Below, one piece after another: positions 26,389 to 40,155 of a stretch of DNA of 64,000 nt. Within the stretch, counting starts at the first letter, position 1. Each line of letters starts with the position of its first letter. The translations under genes were made by a program, and so were the position numbers. Source of the stretch: Squalus acanthias (taxonomy: Eukaryota); NCBI GenBank assembly GCA_030390025.1, contig CM059432.1:124746001-124810000 (forward strand), written 5' to 3'. The notes under the pieces are model-generated. The model was not told where the DNA came from and ran no database searches. It saw only the letters and a program-made list of their open reading frames with translations.

Positions 26389-29340
26389 ACATAGAATTTA
26401 CAGCACAGAAACAGGCCATTCATCCCGGCTGGTCTGTGCTGGTGTTTATGCTCCACATGAGCCTCCTCCCACTCTACGTCATCTAACCCTATCTGCATAT
26501 CCTTAAAATCATTTCTCCCTCATGTACTTGTCTAGCTTCCCCTGAAAGGGATCGATGCTATTTGCCTCAACTACTCCAGGTAGTAGCGAGTTCCACATTT
26601 TAACCACTCTCAGGGTAAAGAAGTTTCTCCTGAATTCTCTTCTTGAATTTATTAGTAACTATCTTATATTTATGGCCTCTTATAGTTTTGGGCTCCCCAA
26701 CAAGTGGAAACATCTTCTCTCTGTCTACCCTATCAAATTACTTCATAATTTTAAAGACCTCTATTAGGACATTCCTCAGCTTTCTCTTTTCTAGAGAAAA
26801 GAACCCCAGCCTTATTCAGTATTTCCTGATGGTCAAAGCCTCTCATAACATAAGAAATAGGAGCAGGAGTAGGTCATATGGCCCTTCGAGCCTGCTCCGC
26901 CATTTATTAAGATCATGGTTGAACTTCTACATCAACTCCACTTTGCCGCCGTTACATCAACTCCACTTTCCCGCCCTATCCCCATATTCCTTGATTCCCT
27001 TAGTGCCCAAGAATCTATCAATCTTAGTCTTGAATATACTCGACAACTAAGCATCCACAGCCCTCTGGGGTAGAGAATTCCAAAGATTCACAACCCTCTG
27101 AGTGAAGCAATTTCTCCACATTTCAGTCCTAAATGGCCCACCCCTTCTCCTGAGACTGTGACCCTTAGTTCTAAACTCTCCAGCCAGGGGAAACAGCCTC
27201 TTAGCATCTACCCTGTCAAACCCTCTTAGAATCTTGTGTTTCAATGAGATCACCTCTCATTCTTCTAAACTCCAGAGAATATAGGCCCATTCTACTCAAT
27301 CTCTCCTCCATAGGACAGCCCTCTCATCCCAGGAATCAATCTAGTGAACCTTTGTTGCACCCCCTCTAAGGCAAGTATAGCCTTCCTGAGGTAAGGAGAC
27401 CAAAACTGTACACGGTACTCAAGGTGTGGTCTCACCAAAGCCCTATATAATTGCAGCAAGACTTCCTTACTCTTATACGCCAACCCCCTTGCAATAAAGG
27501 CTAACATACCATTTACAGTTCTGGTATCGTCCTTTTAAATCTTTTTTGCATCTTCTCTAATATCCTGTTTATAATATGGTGGCCAGAAACTGTACACAGT
27601 ACTCCCAAGTATTGTCTAACCAAAGTTCTATACCAGTTTAATATAACTTCCCTGCTTTTCAATTCTATTATCTAGAAATGAACCCTAGTCTTTGCATTTT
27701 TATAGCCTTGTTAACTTGCGTTGCTACTTTTTAATGACTTGTGAATGTGTACCCTTAGATTCCTTTGCTCCTCCACCCTATTTACACTCTTATTTTCCAA
27801 GGAGTATGTGGCCTCCTTATTCCTCTTACCAAAATGTACCATCTCACGCTTATTTGCCATTTACGCGCCCAATCTGCAAGCTTATTAACGTCGTATTGTA
27901 TTTTGTCGCAGTCTTCCTCAGTATTAATTATTCCCCCCGCCCCCCAAAAAAAAAAATTGGTATCGGCAAATTTTGAAATTTGACTTCTGATTCCAGAGTC
28001 CAAAGCGTTTATGTAAATGATGAACAACACTGGTCCCAGCCCCAATCCCTGTTTCTGCCAGTCTGAGTAACCACCTTTAACCCCTACTCTGTTTTCTATT
28101 TTGTAGCCAGCATTGTGTTACTTGTCCCCTGACTCCACATGCTTTGATCTTGGTCATGAGTCCACTATGCTTTATCAAAACCTTTGAAAATCCAAATATA
28201 TTACATCTACCGCATTACCCTTGTGTACTCTTTCTGTTACTTCTTCAAAGAATTCAATTAGGTTGGTCAAGCCTAAACTTCCCTTTTGAAATCCGTGTTG
28301 ACTGTTCTTTGATTGTATTTTTAGTTTCTAGATGTTTTACTATTGCATCTATGAACATACGAGCAATGACGGACAGTTAAATACCCTCTGGTCTATCCAG
28401 CCTGTCCCACCGACTTGTGATACAATATATACACTCTACACCCCACCCAGAACCATGTGATGTCATGGGAGAGGCTGAATTGCCAGGCCAATTTTGGGGG
28501 GGGATATCTGGGAAATTCCTCACTTGGGCCCCCCCCCCCCCCCCCCCCGACGATCAAAACTAATCCAGGGGATCACTCTGGCCCTGATAATTCTATGCAG
28601 TACCTACATTTTGTACGAGGTGATCTCCACCCAAGCCAGGAATGGGTCCAGCTCTCGCTTGAAGAAATACAGCGAATCAGCATCCACAGCACGAGCAGGC
28701 AGCCTGTTCCAGAGCTCCACTATTCTATGGGAAAAGAAGCATAGACCTCCTGACATCTAACCTAGATCTGGCCTTGTACAATTATTTTATTTGTTCCTGG
28801 GATGTGGGCGTCGTTGGCAGGGCCAGCATTTATTGCCCATCCCTAACTTAACTTAAAATTGTGAACCTTGGTGGAACAAACTGTCAATTCTAAAATTATC
28901 TATTCCCTTCATCATCTTATAAAATCGTATCTTTAAATAAAGATTCCATTATCTTTCCTACCACCAACATTAAGCTAACTGGTCTATAGTTCCCTGAACT
29001 TGTTCTATCTCCCTTTTTTAAATATAGGAATCACATTAGCTGTCCTCCAGACCTCTGGCTCAATACAGTTTTTTAATTAATTTTTATGAATATATATAAT
29101 AGTCCCTCAACTATCTCTTCCCTAGCTGCTTTTAGTATGTGCAAATGTAATCCTTTACTATTTCTTTTTATATATTCCTTGATAATTTTATAGTTTCTCT
29201 TTGCTTGCCTAATTTTTTTTAACTTCTTTCCTAACCTCTTTGTATTCCCTTTTATCATCCTTTCCTTTATTGTCTTTGTACTTAGTGTATGCCTTTTTCT
29301 TTAGTTTCAATTTTGCCCTTGTCTCTATTCACCCACTTGC
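26389..29340 (-). mobile_element. Cluster of nested CR1 (HER1-like) fragments, including a younger 3' end at about 26847-27510
   Basis: Several minus-strand CR1 3' tails and RT remnants (MLAFIARGLAYKSKEV, LGPVLFIIYIN, SKFAD). Confidence 0.8.
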
Positions 29341-29569
29341 ACAAGCACTTCTATGTAATTCAACCCTTTAGCACTTCTGTATGCAGGAACCCATCCTCGT
29401 AAAATGTCAGCCTGAATCCAATCTTCCCCATCAAGTATCATCTCTTTATCTTGCCAGTGGCAAGTTTCTTAATTTAAACTCCTACCCAATCCAAGCATTG
29501 CACACTGACTTTTAATTTGTTTAGTGAGCAATACACTGCATGTGATGTGCTTAGCTTGATCATCTCTCC

Positions 29570-30150
29570 ATGAGGCTCCTCTCCCAGCTCCTGACCGCTC
29601 AGTTTCACCTCTCTCCTATGTTTGCTGATATTAACCTGTATCTCATTCAGCACTGTCCCCACCATCTTCAAAACTACGATTATGATTCCCCTGATCAAGA
29701 AACCCACCCTAAAACCTTCCATTCTCCACAACTTATCGCAAATTTTCCCTTCCTCAAGCTCTGGAAGCCTTTAGACCATACTAGTCTGTCAACGATGATC
29801 TGCTTTGTGATTGTGACCTTGGCTCTCTATTTCACATCGTCCTCTTCTACCTCTCATCACCTTCAACACTGTTACCACTACATCCTCCTCTAATGTCTCT
29901 CCCCTGCAGCCCACATCCAGGGCCCTGTTCACTCCTGGTTTCACACTTGCATGACTGCCAATAGCTCCTCCTCTGCTCATGCAGTTACCTTCAGCATTCT
30001 CCGGGAGTCCACTTCCTTATCTAGCATTAGGTAGGAGTATGGTATTTGGTTCCACATGTATGCCAATATCGCCCAGCTCTACATTGCTGCCACCTCCATT
30101 GACGCAAAGGATGTTGCCAAATTCTGAAATTGTCTATTTGATATCGAGCT
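29570..30150 (+). mobile_element. L2-like LINE RT remnant
   Basis: C/T-rich degraded RT-like sequence typical of L2; motifs only partly recognisable. Confidence 0.5.
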
Positions 30151-30227
30151 AAATGAGCTTAAAAAAAAAATTGTCTGATTCAGTATTGACAAGACAGACC
30201 ATCCTTTTTACTTCCCTATCAATACCA

Positions 30228-31080
30228 CTCATGCCCGCATGCAACAAGACCTGGACGACGTTCAAGCTTGGGCTGATAAGTGGCAGGTAACATTCGCGCC
30301 ACAGAAGTGCCAGGCAATGACTATCTCCAACAAGCAAGAGTCTAAACACCGCCCCTTGACATTCAATGGCATTACCATCACCGAATCACCCACCATCAAC
30401 ATCCTGGGGGTCACCATTGACCAGAAACTTAACTGGACCAGCCACATAAATACTGTGGCAACAAGAGCAGGTCAGAGGCTAGGTATTCTGCGATGAGTGT
30501 CTCACCTCCTGACTCCCCAAAGCTTTTCCACCATCTACAAGGCACAAGTAAGGAGTGTGATGGAATACTCTCCACTTGCCTGGATGAGTGCAGCTCCAAC
30601 AACACTCAAGAAGCTCGACACCATCCAGGACAAAGCAGCCCGCTTGATTGGCACCCCCTCTACCACCTTATACATCCGCTCCCTCCACCACCGGCGTACC
30701 GTGGCTACAGTGTGTACTATCTACAAGATGCACTGCAGCAACTCGCCAACGCTTCTTCGGCAGCACCTCCCAAACCCGCGACCTCTTCCACCTAGAAAGA
30801 CAAGGGCAGCAGACGCATGGGAACACCACCACCTCCGAGTTCCCCTCCAAGTCACACATCATCCTGACTTAGAAGTATCTCGCCGATCCTTCATCATCAC
30901 TGGGTCAAAATCCTGGAACTCCCTCCCTAACAGCAGTGTGGGAGTACCTTCACCACACGGACTGCAGCGGTTCAGGAAGGCAGCTCACCACCACCTTCTC
31001 AAGGGCAATTAGGGATGGGCAATAAATGCTGGCTTTGCCAGCGACGCCCACATCCCATAAAAACTAATTTTAAAAAAAAA
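30228..31080 (+). mobile_element. 5'-truncated copy of the CR1-group LINE family of 4321-7589
   Basis: MQQDLDDVQAWADKWQVTF...; YKAQVRSVMEYSPLAW; same 3' tail plus poly(A). Confidence 0.92.
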
Positions 31081-31681
31081 CTCTGCATCTCGCCTCTGGT
31101 GTGTAGGAATATACAACACTTGTGCCCCAGACCTTTCTCAACTCAACCTGTCTTCAGGCCCGGGGCTGAAGATTTCCACTTGTCTTACCATTGCACAGCC
31201 ATGATGAGCCTTTCTTGTTTTTGTTGTTGCAGAAAATATTCAGCCAAAGGCAGCTTATCTGTTAGTCAAAACTTTATTAAAAATTTGTGGGTGACTGGTT
31301 AAACGGGTATTGGGATCTTTATTCTATAGTAGGATTTCCTCACTGGCACCTTTCCTTTGCACCAGGTTGCAGTTTTTATTTGTGCTGCAGCTTTATTGTT
31401 GCTAAGTGTGAACTGTGTTGCCAGCTGTGAAATGTTAATGGCGCTGGGCATGTCTTGTGAATGCCAAATATAACCGTGTGTGTTACATGGGTTTGTGAAG
31501 TACTTATCTCTGTCCCCTGAATGTGTCACTGCATTAGTTTTGAACACACCAATACTGCCTTTTAAACATTACTCATTTTCTCTGTTGAAATCTGATTTAA
31601 TTATTCTCTACTGATGCTAGATTGTGCGGGTGGGAGTATCTGGATATTCCAGTGGCATCTGGATATCCTGGGATGAGAGGG

Positions 31682-32132
31682 TTGACCAGGAGGAGAGATT
31701 GTGTAGAATGGGCCTATATTCTCTGGAGTTTAGAAGAATGAGAGGTGATCTCATTGAAACATACAAGATTCTGAGGGGGATTGACAGGTTAGATGCTGAG
31801 AGGTAGTTTTCCCCCCTGGCTGGAGAGTCCAGAACTAGGAGGCATAGTCTCAGGATAAGGGGTTGGCCTTTTAAGACTGAGACGTGGAGGAACTTCTTCA
31901 CTCAGGGTTGTGAATCTTTGGAATTCTCTGCCCCAAAGGGCTGTGGATGCTCAGTCATTGAGTATATTCAAGGTTGAGATAGATAGACTTTTGGACTCTG
32001 GGGGAATCGAGGGATATGGGGATCGGGCAGGAAAGTGGATTTGAGGTCGATGATCAGCCATGATCTTATTGAATGGCGGAGCAGGCTCGAGGGGTCGTAT
32101 AGCCTACTCCTGCTCTTAATTCTTATATTCTT
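31682..32132 (+). mobile_element. CR1 (HER1-like) 3' fragment
   Basis: EERLCRMGLYSLEFRRMRGDLIETYKIL; tail CCTACTCCTGCTC..TTCTTATATTCTT. Confidence 0.9.
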
Positions 32133-32543
32133 GGGATCCCTGAACTGCCACAGAGCAGTGTAGCTGGCTTAGTTTCTAAAGCTACTTTTACATTTGCACA
32201 AGACCTGTCCTATGCCACCAGTTCCCAAACTTCACGTTTGTATAGCTGGCTTCTAGCCAAATGATAAAGCTGCCAGAAATCTCTAAGATCAGTTCAGAAG
32301 ACCCACTAAAAAGGGTCTTGCTGCCAGACAGTTTTAGCGAGCCACAGCAATTTTACATTTGGCTGATTGTGAGACCCATGGTTGAATAACTGCGGCACAC
32401 AGTCTATAAATGGCTTTGGAGCAACCTTTTTTGAAATAATCATCTCCAAGATTTTTTTTTTGTTCCGTTCTAGGCTCCAGGTGGTGTTCTGTGGTTTAAA
32501 ACTGAGATAAGAGTTTAACATGTGGATTGAGAAAAGAGCCATT

Positions 32544-33188
32544 GGGCTGGATTTTCATTGACCCGTGGAGGCGGGTTTGGAGGTGTGTGGGGGGTTAAAA
32601 TTGCGAAAACTGGCGGGCGGGCACAAGTCCGCCTCCATCCCGCCTCCACGCAATTTTCATTAAATCGTGTCTGCTGGTCCCGACTGCGTCCCGCCTCTAA
32701 GAGACAGGATAGGCTGTTAAGACCCTTAACAAGCACTAAATTGGCTCTATAATGCCATTTTGAAAGGCCTTTGTGATTTTAACCCTTGTTCTACGTGAGG
32801 CACGCCTGTTCTGAACCACGATTATGAAACCTGGCGGGAGCCTCACTCTCACTCTCACTCTCACACACACACACTCTCTCTCTCTCTCTCTCTCTCAAAA
32901 TATCTGGGAGCAGACTTAGGGCTGCTGCTGGTCATTTTGCATCCAGGTCCTCTCGCAGCAAAGGCCAGGCAGTCTCTGAAGACCTTCAATGCAGCAGCAA
33001 TGATGACATCATCAGAGGCGACTTTCAGACTGAAAACACTAATTGGTTCATGGGTTCCCACATGCTGGAACTCAATTGCCCAATTAGGTGAAAATTACAT
33101 CAATCTCCCACATCCAATTGCAGTCGGGTGGATAACACGAAAAGTGGATAACATGACCCCAACCCACCCCAGTATCAAAATCCAGCCC
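32544..33188. mobile_element. Harbinger/Tourist-type MITE
   Basis: Perfect 12-bp TIR GGGCTGGATTTT / AAAATCCAGCCC; 3-bp TSD ATT (32541-32543, 33189-33191); internal (CA)n(CT)n. Confidence 0.85.
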
Positions 33189-34989
33189 ATTGTATCCATT
33201 CCTTCTGCCAGATTATATCATTTGTCCTATCATGAAATGTATCCATTTTTTAATCTCCTGGGGAGATAAATAGCTATACTTAAAATTTCTAAGAACTAAA
33301 ATGTCTCCTAACTTTAAGCTAATCTAGTGAAAATCCAGGATATTAACCTAACATTAACATTAATTCAACTCTTTGACTAGTTACATTTCTTGGATGATAT
33401 TGCCATGTTCTCAACAGCATAGAAACCATGGTGTTCTTTAGAACAGGGAGGCCTCCTTAGTAAGTATCTGATGAGTAAATAGCCCATTCAAGTGATTGAC
33501 CTCAGTGCACAAATCCTTTTTTTATAACCACTCCAGCCCCACATTTTCCAGACCATTGAAGTGAATTGGATAGCCTGTTTAAGTGAATCACAACATTGCC
33601 ATCATGGCTAAACTGAGCAATCTAACTCTTTGGGGAGCATGGATCTTGTTACACTTCAAACTGATCAGATAGTTGTGATCTTTGCATTTGCACGTTACTT
33701 TGGATGCCTTTGCTGTCACAAGCCAATGCAGCAATTTTCAACATCATAACTGACTGAATAGCTCATCAGTCAGTTGTGATGTTCTGCTGTGCATTCTTTC
33801 TGCCCCCAGTTAACTTACTAGCCTCCATTTACCCTCTACTGCTGCCAGCCCTCATGATTCACTGACTCCTGACTCGGAGCACGCTTCAGTTCCAAGTACA
33901 AATCCAGCTGTTCAACCTACTTCTCCCAGCTGAAAACACAAGATATTTTAAACTCTTATCCAGGCACATTTATCCTAGTCAGTATACACCAGTAAACATT
34001 ATAGCTGACTGTCCAACTGTGATGTTAAAAATTGCTGTGGAGGCTTAAAACAGCAAGGGTAGAAGAAATGGGAAGAATTATTAGGAGACTGGTTCAATGT
34101 ATGTAAATGTATATGTTGGCAAATTATCTATTTAAAAATATTATGCTGTATTTGCCAATCTGTGTCATCTTATAACCCTAATTACTTTTTTTTTAAGTAT
34201 TAATTGAAATAGCAATAATTGCATTGGTCCTATTCCATATATTCACTACCCTGCTGGGGGGAGGGACGTTGAAAGGTACAGTTCCCACCACCAATTACAT
34301 TTCATTTAATTGTAATTTCCTGTTTGTCTAGAGCTTTTTGTTATGACACTGTTTATCAGGAGTTTTTGAACTTGCCTGTGTAAACATGCTGGTGATCCCG
34401 AACATTCATAATAAGTGATGTATCAATACAATATCAAATGGACCCAACACATGATCTTTCTCACTCTGAGCCCAGACCATACACTTTTTTTAAAAAGCTT
34501 ACACTCCCACACTTTGAAGTATTTAATGAATCTTCCTGTCATACATTGTGCATCACTCTCAGCAAATTCCTTGATTCTAATCGCATTAGCTGAAATCACT
34601 GGCTTAATACTATTCAGTAATCAGCGATGTGTGTGTTTACTTACTGTTATGGTTGTTTTTGCTGCTGATGCAATAACATTCAAAATCCTGCAATTGAGAT
34701 TGCTGATGTAATGGTATTCAGTGCATTGGTTGCAGTCTCATTTTGGCACAAATTAGAAATGAGCTAATTTGGCTTCCTGTTGATACAGATCTCTGATGCT
34801 TAGAACGGTGTGCAGTTGATGCAATGCAGAGTAATAGATATTCTCTTATTTAGTATATTAATACAAAGACTGAAATCTGCTTTACACGCAAAGAGCTCAT
34901 TATGAATCATTTGTGCTGTTTCATCTATCGGAACAATACTGTTATCACTTTTTGACCTCAAGTTGTCATTTTGTTGCACATTGCAGCAG

Positions 34990-36385
34990 CCTGCCATTAA
35001 TGTAGAAAATGTTCCACAGTGCTTTACAGTGAGTGGGGGGGCGGGGGGGGGGGGGGAAATAGATGAAAGGAATAAAGGTGCGAATGCTGAGCCATGGTGC
35101 AAGAGTTAGAAGAGTTGACCAAAAGCTTGGTTGAAAAGATGGGGTTTGAAAAGATTTTTAATGGTGGAAAAAGAAGTGGAGGAGTTTAGGCAGGGGTTGC
35201 ATCCTTGTACATAGAGAGTAGAGCCAAGGCAGCTGAAGACACTGCTACCAAGAAGTGTGAAAGACAGAATTTGGGCAGCAGAGTTTTGAATAAGTTAAGA
35301 GTTTGTGCAGAATGGGAGACTAGTGAGGAAGACATTGCAAAAATCGAGACTAGAGACATCAGAGGTTTGGATAGGAGTTTCAGCGGCTGTGGGGTGGAGG
35401 CAAGCAATGTTGCAAAAGTGGAAATAAGCAGTCTTGATAGATTATAGGGTTTGAAGTTCAGATCTGGGTTAAACATGGTCTGTTTCAGCCTGAACAGATG
35501 AAGTGGGTGGAGTCAATAGCAAGGGAGCAGAGTTTATGCTGGGGGCTAAAAATGATAGATAGGAGTAGGCCATTCAGCCCTCCGAGCGTGTTCTGCCATT
35601 CATTCAGATCATGGCTGACCTGTACCTCAACTCCATTTATCTGCCTTTGCTCCATATTCCTTGATGCCCTTGCCCAACTAAAATCTGTCGATTTCAGTCT
35701 TGAAAATTTCAATTGACTCAGCACCCGCATCCTTTTGGGAGAGAGTGTTCCAGATTTCCACTACCCTTTGTGTGTAAAAGTGTTTCCTGATTTCTCTCCT
35801 GAATTGTCCAGATCTGATTTTAATATTGTGCCACCTTGTTCTGGGTTTCCCTGTATCTGCCCTATCGAATCCTTTTGTCATTTTAAATACCTAGATTAGA
35901 TCACCCCACAACCTTCTATACTCTGAATACAAGTTTATGCCACCTGTCCTCATAATTTAACCCTTTAAGCCTTTATCAGCTTCAGTCTTTCCGATACTCA
36001 TTTGTTGAAAATGTTGTTTCATCGCTGACTTGATGTTAGACAGCAAGCTGATGCTCTATCTGCAAATGGTGTCACCTAGGGCAGCATGTATATAAGAATA
36101 AGGAGAGGGCCAAGGGTGACGGAACGGGAAGAGAAGTGAGGAAACACTCTTGTGTTTGGAGAGGTTTGAATGGAACCACACAATGAAAGTTCTACAGTTG
36201 GACAGCAGAGGAGAAGCAATAGGGGAGAATGGTGTGGTCGCTAGTATAATAGACTCTGAAGAGAGGCCAAGGAAGGATGTGCACTGTAGTCACAATAACC
36301 CAGGATGTATTTCATAACTGTCGCCAGGGCAGTCTTCGTGCTGTGAAGTAGGTGGAAGCAGTACTGAAGGGTTTTGAAAAGGGGT
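34990..36385 (-). mobile_element. Old L2 LINE fragment with a nested CR1 3' end (about 35555-35975)
   Basis: L2-like 3' region (AAGCACTGTGGAACATTTTCTACATTAA on minus) interrupted by CR1 tail AGGAGTAGGCCATTCAGCCC and EVWN-like remnant. Confidence 0.65.
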
Positions 36386-36464
36386 TTAGCATAATTGCCT
36401 TTCATTAGTAGTATTTTCTTTTTATAATTTTTTTTAAAAACTTATTATCTTGGATTTGATGCCC

Positions 36465-36710
36465 CTTGCATTTAGCGGCCTCGGCCCTAAGCTCTGGAAT
36501 TCACTCCATAAACCTCTCTGCCTCTCTGCACCTCTCTCCTCCTTTAAGATGCTCCTTAAAACCTACCTCTTTGGCCAAGCTTTTGCTCACCTATCTTAAT
36601 ATCTCTCTGACTCGGTGTCAAATTTTGTTTGCTAATGCTCCTGTGAAGCACCTTGGGACGTTTTACTACATTAAAGGTGCTATATAAATGCATGTTGTTA
36701 TTGTTGTAGT
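36465..36710 (+). mobile_element. L2 LINE 3' end
   Basis: CTCTGGAATTC...TTAAAACCTACCTCTTTG...GCACCTTGGGACGTTTTACTACATTAAAGGTGCTATATAAATGCA(TGT)n. Confidence 0.8.
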
Positions 36711-38001
36711 CGAGGTTAAGAAATTGGATTCTATAGCTTCAAGTTGAAAAGTTAATGGCATCAAGAGTTAAAAGTCTTGATCTGTGGCTTGTACAACCTG
36801 TACCTGTTATATTACTGAACTGCTTTTGAAGCTCAGTAATTGTCAGTTTTTGCTCTGCTGAACCTGCCACATTTATACTGCAAGGTGGATTAAGCAACAA
36901 TAGGGAGCTGCACGTGCAACCCCTCTCCTAGTCTACGTTCCACTGGTATCTGTTTTTATTTACCACCATTGGCAATTTGGGTTTAAGGCAGGAGGTCAGT
37001 GCCATTATCCAGTTGGTTTTTGCCACCTTCAACAGCAAGTGCATCCAGTTGTTTATACTAAGGAGTTCTTGCCAACGCCACTAGTGTTACTGTCAATGCT
37101 CTTGCCATTGAAGATAGTTATGTAGTAGAAAGTAACACTGGCAGATGGACAATAGAAGGACTGGCTTATTTTTTACCATGCACTTTGTTTTCAGGCATGC
37201 TTCATTTTTGAAAAGACCTATAAAAAAATTTGATGCAACCATGTTCAGTGTTGCATCTGTTTTTTTTAACTATTTGGGTCATAATGTGATTCTTCTTGCC
37301 TGGGTACCAAAGTATTTCTCTCTTCACTTTGCTACCTGATAGCTCTCTACTTGTAACTTTGCTATTTAGATTTAGTTGAATGGCCGTTTCAGCTGTAGTT
37401 TCCCTTTTATTCCTGCGCATCTGTTTGCTTTCTCCTATGTGAGTAGTACAACTATATCTCCCATTTTATTTATCTTATTTGATTAGTTTCTAATGTTACA
37501 TTTTTTTTTCTTCTCTGCTTCAGTCTTGCACATGGGCTATAGTCGTTACTCTATACTGACCCATAGTAGTTTAGTTTGAATTCACATGTCTCATATCCAT
37601 AATTTATTTGGAATCCAATTATAAAACTCAGTGGTAGAATATAGGTAGATTTGCCTGCAGGTTTTTCCCAATCTACCTGATGTCAGTTGATTTGCATGAG
37701 TTTTGTAGGCAGCCTTACTGAATGTGTGCATTATATTTGCAGGTCTTTACATCATAAAGTAGCCATGTATATTTTTATTGATAGTTGTAAAATGAAGGGG
37801 GCGGAGAGGAAATGCAAACCAACCAGAATAATGGCTGCGTCAGGAGAGATCTGTCTGCAGGCTGTTTATGTTCATTGTGCAGTCAAGTTACTCCTGGCTA
37901 AAGAATGGGAGTTGACCTGTAGAAGCAGCAATAAATATGCATTTGATCTTTGCTAGATTATGAAATCGATACTTATATTTTTCATTTGTTTTTATTAATA
38001 G

Positions 38002-38101
38002 GCCGCTGGTCAGATCACTTTCCACTCAGCAGCTGTTTGACCATTGGCAAAAGAGACATCCAGTTATCTTCGTGTATGTTGGCGGTGAATCTCCACTGAA
38101 G
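38002..38101 (+). CDS. TMX3: TMX3 coding exon (PLVRSLSTQQLFDHWQKRHPVIFVYVGGESPLK)
   Basis: ATAG acceptor, GTCTGA donor; 100 nt, phase 2 to 0; matches TMX3 ...QKRHRVFFVYVGGESPLK. Confidence 0.94.
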
Positions 38102-38289
38102 GTCTGAAAATAAGTGTTCTTTTAAACATAGAATTACCTGGAGTAATTTCTCCCAATCGGCTGCCCTAACTTTGGTGGAAGATTGGAGGAAGTCCCGAAT
38201 ATGCATATAAACAAGGTTTCCTTTAATCTTCCGCCAAATTTACATCGGCCAATCTGGAGCAACCTCACAAAAATTCCCAGCGTATGTGT

Positions 38290-40155
38290 GGGTGAGAGGG
38301 TGGAAGTGGATAAGTCACTTATGGCATGGACCTTAGGCTGCTGGAAGAAGTCAAAGAGAAGATAGCAGAGGCTCTGGCTTTCAAGTGCGCAAATTGTACC
38401 ATTGGACTCCAGAGTAGCCAATGTAACACCTTTGTTTAAGAACAATAAACTGGATACCATAGGTCCATAAGTCTAAGGTCAATTGTGGACATGATCTTAG
38501 AATCCATAATGCAATATAACATTTGACCATTTAGAAATGTATGAGTTACTGTGGTACTGCCAAAAAATGATTTGTTAAAGGCAAGTCGTGTTTGAGAAAT
38601 TAAATAGTGTTTTTTTGGAAAAGTGTCCAATTGGCTAGCTAATAAGAATGTAATAGATGCAGTGCACATGGATTTTCAGAGGCATTTGATAAGGTGTCTC
38701 ACAAGAGGCTTGTTAGAAAAATTCAAATGTATGGTATAGAGGAAATAGAAAAAATAAGATAGAAAGTTGGTTGATTGACAGGAAACGGAGTTTAGGTAAA
38801 TGGGTGTTGCTGGGTCCACTATTGTTCTCAGAACATAGATTATTTGGACTGGATATAAGGAATACAGTCTCAAAATTTGCCCACAACACAAGTAGAGAGT
38901 TTGACATACAGTGAGGAAACTGTAAAGGACGTCGGGAAGATATAGATAGTTTAGTGGAATGAATGCGCAGACAGCTGGCAGATGCAATTTAATGTGAATA
39001 AATGTGAGGTAGTACATTTTGAGAGAAAAATCAAGGAAAGCGGGTATATGTTTAATGGAAAAAGAAAGACTTGCATTTATATTGCGCCTTTCCCGACTAC
39101 CAGACGTCCCAAAGCGCTTTACAGCCAATTAAGTACTTTTTGAAGTGTAGTCACTGTTGCAATGTAGGAAACGCAGCAGCCAATTTGCACTCGGCAAGCT
39201 CCCACAAACAGCAATGTGATAATGACCAGATAATCAGTTTTTGTTATGTTGATTGAGGGATCAATATTGGCCAGGACAACCCCCCTGCTATTCTGCTATT
39301 CTTCGAAATAGTGCCATGGGATCTTTTACGTCCACCCGAGAGAGCAGACGGGGCCTCGGTTTAACGTCTCATCCAAAAGAAAGCACCTCCAACAGTGCAG
39401 CACTCCCTCAGTACTGCACTGGAATGTCAGCCTAGCTTTTTGGGCTCAAGTCTCTGGAGTGGGACTGGAACCCACAACCTTCTGACTCGGAGACGAGGGT
39501 GCTACCAACTGAGTCACTGGCTGACGAAAGAAACTGAAGGATGTGGATGAAGAAGGGATGCTAAGGGTTTTAATGCATAATTCCCAGAAAGTACAAGTGC
39601 AGATAGCTGAAGCCATTTTAAAAAAGCTAAGTGTCTTGAGTTTTATAAATAGGAGAGTAAAGAAGTAAAAAAAATTGTGCAAAACATTGGTTAAAGCCAC
39701 AGGGAATGCACAGTGTAGTTTCACTGGGATGATGCCAGGGATGGGAAAATATAGTTATGAGGAGAGACTTGATATACTGAATAATTTTCACTGGAGCAGA
39801 GAAGGTTAAGAGGAGATTTAATAGGCTTTTAAAATTATGAAAACTTTTAGTAGAGTGAATAGGGAAAGACTTTCCTCTTAAGTGGGTAGTCAGTAATGAG
39901 GGGTCATCAATTTAAAATAGTACGAAGGGAGTAAAGAGAGAGATTAAAATAAATGTCTTTACACAGAAGATTTGTTGCAGCATGGAATGTGTTGCCACAG
40001 GAACTGGCTAAGGTAGAGACCATTGCATCTTTACAGGAAAATTGATAAATATTTGAAGCAGTGTATGAAAAAATAGGATTCGTTTCTGGTTGCTCTAACA
40101 AAGCCAGTACCGAAATTCTTGGCCAAATGGCCTCCTGTGCTGTAAACTTATATGG
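38290..40155 (+). mobile_element. Old CR1 RT and 3' end fragment interrupted by a SINE
   Basis: Degraded DFQRAFDKV, LFSLEQRRLRGDL and CR1 tail GGCCAAATGGCCTCCTGTGCTGTAAA. Confidence 0.75.
39060..39525 (-). mobile_element. Full-length tRNA-derived SacSINE1/DeuSINE-like SINE
   Basis: Minus strand: tRNA head (TGACTCAGTTGGTAGCAC...GGTTCCAGTCCC), Deu-like core GGATGAGACGTTAAACCGAGG...AAAGATCCCATGGCACTATTT, L2-type tail ATATAAATGCAAGTCTTTC. Confidence 0.85.
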
